Made by a program: the position numbers and the translations under genes. Shown one piece after another: positions 58,940 through 64,000 of a stretch of DNA of 64,000 nucleotides. The stretch lies in the NCBI GenBank assembly GCA_051251915.1, contig JBPOGF010000017.1:39863-103862 (forward strand), in the 5' to 3' direction. A model generated the notes under the pieces. The model was not told the origin of the DNA, made no database searches, and saw nothing but the letters and a program-made list of their open reading frames with translations. The stretch is from Akkermansiaceae bacterium. GTDB taxonomy: Bacteria; Verrucomicrobiota; Verrucomicrobiia; Verrucomicrobiales; Akkermansiaceae. Every line of letters starts with the position of its first letter. Within the stretch, counting starts at the first letter, position 1.

Positions 58940-61424
58940 CTTTGATAATAGTAACAGTTCCAGACTTGCCGTCCATTTCTACGTAGTCTCCCGTCTTCAG
59001 CACTTTAGTCACATCCGGGATAGAAACAACACATGGAAGATTTAGTTCTCTAGCCACAATAGCAGAATGTGAGAGCAAAGATCCTCGCTCCACAAGTAAA
59101 CCAGACGCAGCAGGAAACAGCACCACCCATCCCGGATCTGTCTGCTGAGCAACGAGGATTTCACCTTCGTTCAAGGTTGCCTCACGCGGGTTCATTACCA
59201 CCTTCACTTTACCTCGCACTACGCCAGGACACGCCCCGATCCCAGAAATGTTATCACCATCTGGCGGGGTGTAGGGGAGTGCGGATTGGAAAGTGCTGTA
59301 CTCCGCGATGGGAGCTGCGGTGTGAAATCTGTCTGGTGGTGGAGGTTGATTTCGATATCCTTCTTCTTCTGATTTTCTCTCTGCTATGATGTTTCGATAG
59401 TCAGTTTTCTGACCTGACACCGCTTCTTTTAGATGCAGGGAAAATACATCTTTAGGGCTGGTTAGCTGATCTTCATCGGCAAGCTTTTCTCCAAGATGGA
59501 TCATGATCTGACGCACTCTGCCAAACAGCCGTGTGCGCTCAAATCGTAAATTTTCCCGATCCCTGACACGGTCCCGTGCATTCCTCAGAACCCAATCAAA
59601 CGTCTTACGCTTCAGTCCAGAGAGTTTTTCTCTAGCAGCTTCGAGTTCTGTGTTTTCGATGTGTGTATGAGCTTCTGTTGGTTCTCGGCTAGCCATTGCG
59701 CTAATGCTAGAGAGTAGGGCGGTGGAGTTATCGCGGACAGAAGGAGACTCCAGCTTGAGTTCTTCAAGACAACGGTCGCCAAATTTCTCCAAGTAGGCAT
59801 CCAGCGCTGCTTTTAGCTCAGGGTGCTTTGCTATTTCCTCTAGTTTTTTATCATCGGGGAGGTCGCTGGCTAAGACTTCTGAGAGGTCTTTATCAGCCCT
59901 TACCATACGTGCCATTTCTGAGATCCTTCGTGGAGGTTCAGCGCTAATGATCTCTCCGCTATCCTGAAGTAAAGTGTTCTGTAGTGAAGGATCATCTAGC
60001 CACTTTTCGCAGAGTGACTTCAAGACCCCATAATAAATCATGGCGAAGAAATCATTTACCAGTGGTGCGTCCCAGCGTTTTAAGAGTTTTGACTCCAGAT
60101 CGTTGTAGTGGGTGATCAGCTCGGCTTGCGACATCTCTGCAAGTGGGGTGCTTGGAGCATCCAGTGCAGAGTTGAGACGCTGATAGAAGCGTTTGATATT
60201 CTTCTCTAATCCTATTTGGTTTCTCATTAGCCCAAACGCCATCTTCACAAGGGAAAACCCGTCATAGATCTTATTCGTCTTTGTTTGCTTCACGATACTC
60301 TCAATCACCTCATCCGGCATAGGGACTTTCACCCCCATCATCTGCTCCATGAATCCACGATTGATCGAGAAGCCAGGCAACATCGCCAGCACATGATACC
60401 AGCTGTTAAGGTTGTAATAAACGTGACCGTGAATGTGCCCCAGCATTTGAGGGAATACAGCATCGTGTTTCTTGACGCGTCCTTTTGGAACGGAAAGTAA
60501 AATGCAGAACTCCCTATAAACGTGTTCATAGATCCGCTCTGCAAACGTGAAGGTGAGCGTGGATGTGATGCCTGAGTAACTTTCCGCAATGTTGCTATTA
60601 TCCCATACGGTGAGTGGTAGAGTCGCTTCAGGTTGGGTTGCTAGTGTAGTTATTGGACGACTTTGGAGTAAATAAAGTTTCCCGTCCTCTATCGCCCATT
60701 CAATATCTTGAGGGCATCCAAAATGCTCTTCACAATGCTTAGCTAGTTGAGCGACCTCCCGGATCTGCTCACCACTCAAGCACCGCTTAGATACAAGATC
60801 AGAAGGATTCTCTACACGTCGAACTCCCTCACGACTCTCCATACCAGCTACATGCTGATGGGTCTTCTCTGCTATCATTTCTTCCACCACATCGTCAGCT
60901 TCTAGAATCCACGTGTCAGCATTCTCCTCACCAGAAACCAAGGCTGAGCCCGTGCCCCACAGCGCAGAAATAATCGTCCTCTCCTGATTTCCCGTCACTG
61001 GGTCAGCACTAAAGGCAACACCACTAACGCTAGGGGTAAGCATTTTCTGCACGATTGCAGTCACGTTGTTAGATCCCTCTACGCTCCTGCTATCCAGATA
61101 GCTTTCTAAATGTTCGCTCTTATCGCTTTCAAATACGTGGACAATTTTTTCTAGCAGGTCATCTATTTTCACATATAGAAATGAATCATACTGCCCCGCA
61201 AAAGAATGCTCCACACCATCCTCCCCGTGCGCTGATGAGCGAACTGCGAAGTTTGCAGTGGTTAGCTTTTTGGCGTGATCTAGAATCTGCTCAGGCTGTT
61301 CAATATCTGTCACCGCAAACCATTCAGGAATGCAGCAATGAGATACCTCAGAAAGTGCCGCAAGGGCCGATGCCTTGCCGCCTAACAGATGGTGATGTTG
61401 AGATTGATGTGCTTCTATGATCAT
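58929..61424 (-). CDS. PEP-utilising-family dikinase with rifampin-phosphotransferase architecture
   Basis: ATP-grasp (GGKA, AVRSSA..ED...SFAGQY, QDIEWA, LQSRPIT), central domain, C-terminal His swivel TDPGW...LSHSAIVARE. Confidence 0.88.
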   Translation of the reverse strand: MIIEAHQSQHHHLLGGKASALAALSEVSHCCIPEWFAVTDIEQPEQILDHAKKLTTANFAVRSSAHGEDGVEHSFAGQYDSFLYVKIDDLLEKIVHVFESDKSEHLESYLDSRSVEGSNNVTAIVQKMLTPSVSGVAFSADPVTGNQERTIISALWGTGSALVSGEENADTWILEADDVVEEMIAEKTHQHVAGMESREGVRRVENPSDLVSKRCLSGEQIREVAQLAKHCEEHFGCPQDIEWAIEDGKLYLLQSRPITTLATQPEATLPLTVWDNSNIAESYSGITSTLTFTFAERIYEHVYREFCILLSVPKGRVKKHDAVFPQMLGHIHGHVYYNLNSWYHVLAMLPGFSINRGFMEQMMGVKVPMPDEVIESIVKQTKTNKIYDGFSLVKMAFGLMRNQIGLEKNIKRFYQRLNSALDAPSTPLAEMSQAELITHYNDLESKLLKRWDAPLVNDFFAMIYYGVLKSLCEKWLDDPSLQNTLLQDSGEIISAEPPRRISEMARMVRADKDLSEVLASDLPDDKKLEEIAKHPELKAALDAYLEKFGDRCLEELKLESPSVRDNSTALLSSISAMASREPTEAHTHIENTELEAAREKLSGLKRKTFDWVLRNARDRVRDRENLRFERTRLFGRVRQIMIHLGEKLADEDQLTSPKDVFSLHLKEAVSGQKTDYRNIIAERKSEEEGYRNQPPPPDRFHTAAPIAEYSTFQSALPYTPPDGDNISGIGACPGVVRGKVKVVMNPREATLNEGEILVAQQTDPGWVVLFPAASGLLVERGSLLSHSAIVARELNLPCVVSIPDVTKVLKTGDYVEMDGKSGTVTIIKDED

Positions 61425-62302
61425 GAGAATAAAGTGAGTAGCGGGATGAGCCCCAGTGATAAATACAGCGCTAATGTCCAGAGCCCCGCAATGAGTTCAA
61501 AGCGTTTAGAACTGTTTTCACTATGACGGTAGCTCGTCCAAGCAGCCCATAGTAATAACGGAGATAAGATACTGATCACCGGGACTACGAAATTTATCTG
61601 CACTGCTGCAATCACGGCAAAAGCCGCTGTAGTAATCACACAGCCTAGCCAAACCCAGGAAGCTTTCCTCAGCCCCCAGAGTTTACTATAAGTAGGCACG
61701 CCTTCCTGTTCCTTTTCAGGTTGCCTCAGTTTCCTGCCTATCTCGATTACGATGCCATTGAAGAAGCTAGCTATGAGAAAGTAGATAAGCCCATGGGGTG
61801 AAGCATCAATGGGTAACCATAAGCAAGCCGTCGCAAACAGATCAACCAAGGGCATGATGAGCATGTGCGTCCATAAATAAGTGATGTGGCGAGACTTGAG
61901 CCAATCGCGTGCAAAAAACTCCACACTCATTAACGCCAAATAACCCCAAGTGACCAACAGCAGAATAAGCAGTCTAAAATCTAGCCAAATAGTCAGCCCT
62001 AGCTGTAAAGCCATTCCTACCGCAAATACTATTCCGAGTTCTTTCAAACTCACCAAACCTCGCGGAACAGCACGGTATGGTCGGTATTTTGCATCTTCTT
62101 CCGCATCCTTAAACTCGTCTGCTATTCTTAACTGAAGAAAAAAGATCAGCACCGTTACAAAAGCCACCAAGAATGATCGCCATTCAGGAGCGACCCCGCA
62201 TAACATCGAGGAGTAAGCCACAGCTGACGAGCTGAATGCCAACACAAGTAATCCATGTTGGAAAATAGGGAATCGTTCTTTTTGGTATGTCCACCAGCGC
62301 AT
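61421..62302 (-). CDS. UbiA-superfamily prenyltransferase
   Basis: Polytopic; RIADEFKDAEEDAKYRPYRAVPRG; second motif degenerate (EIGRK...EQEGVPTYS). Confidence 0.8.
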   Translation of the reverse strand: MRWWTYQKERFPIFQHGLLVLAFSSSAVAYSSMLCGVAPEWRSFLVAFVTVLIFFLQLRIADEFKDAEEDAKYRPYRAVPRGLVSLKELGIVFAVGMALQLGLTIWLDFRLLILLLVTWGYLALMSVEFFARDWLKSRHITYLWTHMLIMPLVDLFATACLWLPIDASPHGLIYFLIASFFNGIVIEIGRKLRQPEKEQEGVPTYSKLWGLRKASWVWLGCVITTAAFAVIAAVQINFVVPVISILSPLLLWAAWTSYRHSENSSKRFELIAGLWTLALYLSLGLIPLLTLFS

Positions 62303-62364
62303 GAATAGATTTATAGAGGAAATATTTTCATTTGTTAAATCGATTAATATTTTTCAAACATCGT

Positions 62365-63630
62365 TTAAGTTGATTGTCGAGCAAGCTTCTTATGGGCCTT
62401 TGTGAAATCACCAGTCGCTAAAGCGGCGATGATAGAAAGCTCACCACCGAGTAATAAGCCAGCACATACCTCTGCCAGAGCACTGCTATTCCCAGAACCG
62501 TGAAGTCCCATGAGTTCTAGACTTGCACGCTGAGAGGGGAGTCCAGTTCCTCCGCCAACCGTTCCCACCATGATGCTAGGCAAGGTCACCGATGCATATA
62601 GTCCGCCATCAGCATTAATTTCAAACCGAGTCACGCCCATCGCAGACTCAGCCACACACGCAGCATCTTGGCCTGTGGCCAGATAAAGCGCAGCTAGGCC
62701 ATTCGCAAAATGACCTTGAACCCCAAGCGTCCCGCTCAGCACTCCACCTAGTGCTGAGACGCGCCAATAATTCTCCATTTGCTCCGGTGTTACATGCAGG
62801 TATTTTTCTAATAGTTCTCTAGAAATGTTCACCTCGGCAGAGACTTTCTTTCCTCTTACTGAACTATATGCTTGTGAGCTAGCTTTCTTATCGCCAGATA
62901 AATTTCCCTCCACGTAAAGCTGCTCTATCTTCACGGGACAGTTCTCTTGGATGAAATCACACACGGCCTGAGTAGCGATGGTGACCATATTCTGACCAGA
63001 AGCGTCCCCAGTGGTGTATTCGAAATTTAAGTAGACATGATTTCCCTCCACAGTGGTCCCTATATCTACCAATTTTCCATGTGAGCTAGTAGCATTGGCG
63101 ACAAATTGAAATTGATCAAACTCCTGCATTGACCACGCCACAAATTTTCCCGCCTCTGCCAGTGAGCGGAACACAAAGGCAGGCGAACGGTTTAGAGCTT
63201 GGTAAAGTAACATCGACGAGCAGCCTCCACTGGCAGAGATCACACAAGCACCTCTATGATAGCTAGCCACCAATGCAGCCTCAGAAGTAGCCAGAGGAAT
63301 GACATAATCACCCTGTGCAAAAAGTCCGTTCACCCTCAGTGGTCCAGCTACGCCAAGAGGAACCTTCACAGAGCCAATACAGTTCTCAATGTTCCCGTCA
63401 AACTCCTCAATGTTATCGGCGGTCCAGTCATCTAACAGATTTTCATTTGGTTCCTGATCTAGAGCTCTCCATGTTTTCCCCACGCGGTGAGCATTCACTT
63501 TAGACATGGGGAGGAGCGGTTTTACTGGTGATTCAAGTTTCGGCTCCAAGCGAGACTCTAATACATCCAGAGATGATTCACCGAGTAATGAATTGATGTG
63601 GGCATTAGTAAGCGAACGTTTTCCAGACAT
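62365..63630 (-). CDS. HMG-CoA reductase, class I-like
   Basis: ENCIG, PLATSEAALVAS, TTGDASGQNM, EGNLSGDKK, GQDAAC, GTVGGGT, catalytic AHKKL. Confidence 0.92.
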   Translation of the reverse strand: MSGKRSLTNAHINSLLGESSLDVLESRLEPKLESPVKPLLPMSKVNAHRVGKTWRALDQEPNENLLDDWTADNIEEFDGNIENCIGSVKVPLGVAGPLRVNGLFAQGDYVIPLATSEAALVASYHRGACVISASGGCSSMLLYQALNRSPAFVFRSLAEAGKFVAWSMQEFDQFQFVANATSSHGKLVDIGTTVEGNHVYLNFEYTTGDASGQNMVTIATQAVCDFIQENCPVKIEQLYVEGNLSGDKKASSQAYSSVRGKKVSAEVNISRELLEKYLHVTPEQMENYWRVSALGGVLSGTLGVQGHFANGLAALYLATGQDAACVAESAMGVTRFEINADGGLYASVTLPSIMVGTVGGGTGLPSQRASLELMGLHGSGNSSALAEVCAGLLLGGELSIIAALATGDFTKAHKKLARQST

Positions 63631-63696
63631 AAGGCCAAGCTAGCAGTTGAATAGAAAACGACAAGGAAGGAGAAATGGGTATTCATTTTGAGCAGA

Positions 63697-63723
63697 TATA
63701 AAAAACTTACCTCTAGCTAAGGT
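63697..63723 (+). repeat. 27-bp direct repeat (right), containing the 13-mer, flanking the HMGR cluster
   Basis: TATAAAAAACTTACCTCTAGCTAAGGT; 24/27 identical to 54090-54116. Confidence 0.75.
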
Positions 63724-63911
63724 TCGAGGATTGGTTTTTTGGGTGACTGACTGAGCGTTTTTTAGCTGTATTTTGTAAATGAGAGCCAGATTGAAGGTGT
63801 GTTCTTGGATATTGAGAGGAAAAGTGAAAAATAATGATCTCTCTAAATCCTTTAAAATAGGTGGTGTAGAAAGATGATAGAAAATAATGTGAAAATAGAT
63901 GAGGAGAGATG

Positions 63912-63949
63912 TTGACTTTATCGGATTTTTTTGTAGATTGCGCCCCGCC
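63912..63949 (+). promoter_or_regulatory. Strong sigma-70 promoter of stable-RNA type pointing out of the window
   Basis: TTGACT-N16-TAGATT, GC-rich discriminator GCGCCCCGCC, A-rich upstream tract. Confidence 0.55.
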
Positions 63950-64000
63950 TCACCGGCCAACGGGAGGACGAGAGAGACAGGAAGCTGATTCAGCGCTAGA

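Noticed and set aside
58929..61424. Calling this gene rifampin resistance (rph) or PEP synthase
   Set aside because: The architecture alone is shared; it lacks the PEP-synthase barrel and its operon context points to biosynthesis.
63640..63960. 106-aa minus-strand ORF upstream of HMGR
   Set aside because: It spans AT-rich promoter DNA and has no recognisable motifs; probably spurious.

Overview
Bacterial chromosomal DNA, most consistent with a Verrucomicrobiota genome (Rubritalea/Akkermansiaceae-like). This is inferred from PEP-CTERM proteins, LptD, a verrucomicrobial-type RNAP omega and a verrucomicrobial-type C-terminal surface domain. Most of the window is housekeeping (rdgB, accD, folC, trhO, lspA, rpoZ, smpB, uppS, pyk, rsuA, lptD, rlpA, two ispH, bioB). 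It also holds a TetR-controlled RND efflux operon with visible operators, a MoxR/DUF58/transglutaminase triad, a SWIM-finger gene pair and several decayed gene relics. Two signals stand out. (1) A tightly coupled 7-gene minus-strand cluster at 54133-63630: class I HMG-CoA reductase, UbiA prenyltransferase, rifampin-phosphotransferase-like dikinase, BtaA/DUF3419 SAM enzyme, phytol/dolichol-kinase-like membrane protein, GNAT and OleC-like AMP ligase. It looks like a dedicated, uncharacterised lipid or small-molecule pathway in a MEP-pathway organism and is bracketed by a 27-bp direct repeat. (2) A non-palindromic 13-mer, AAAAACTTACCTC, present in 7 exact copies in coding and non-coding DNA on both strands. 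No CRISPR array, tRNA, rRNA, integrase or transposase was seen. All family calls come from motif recognition by eye; no searches were run.
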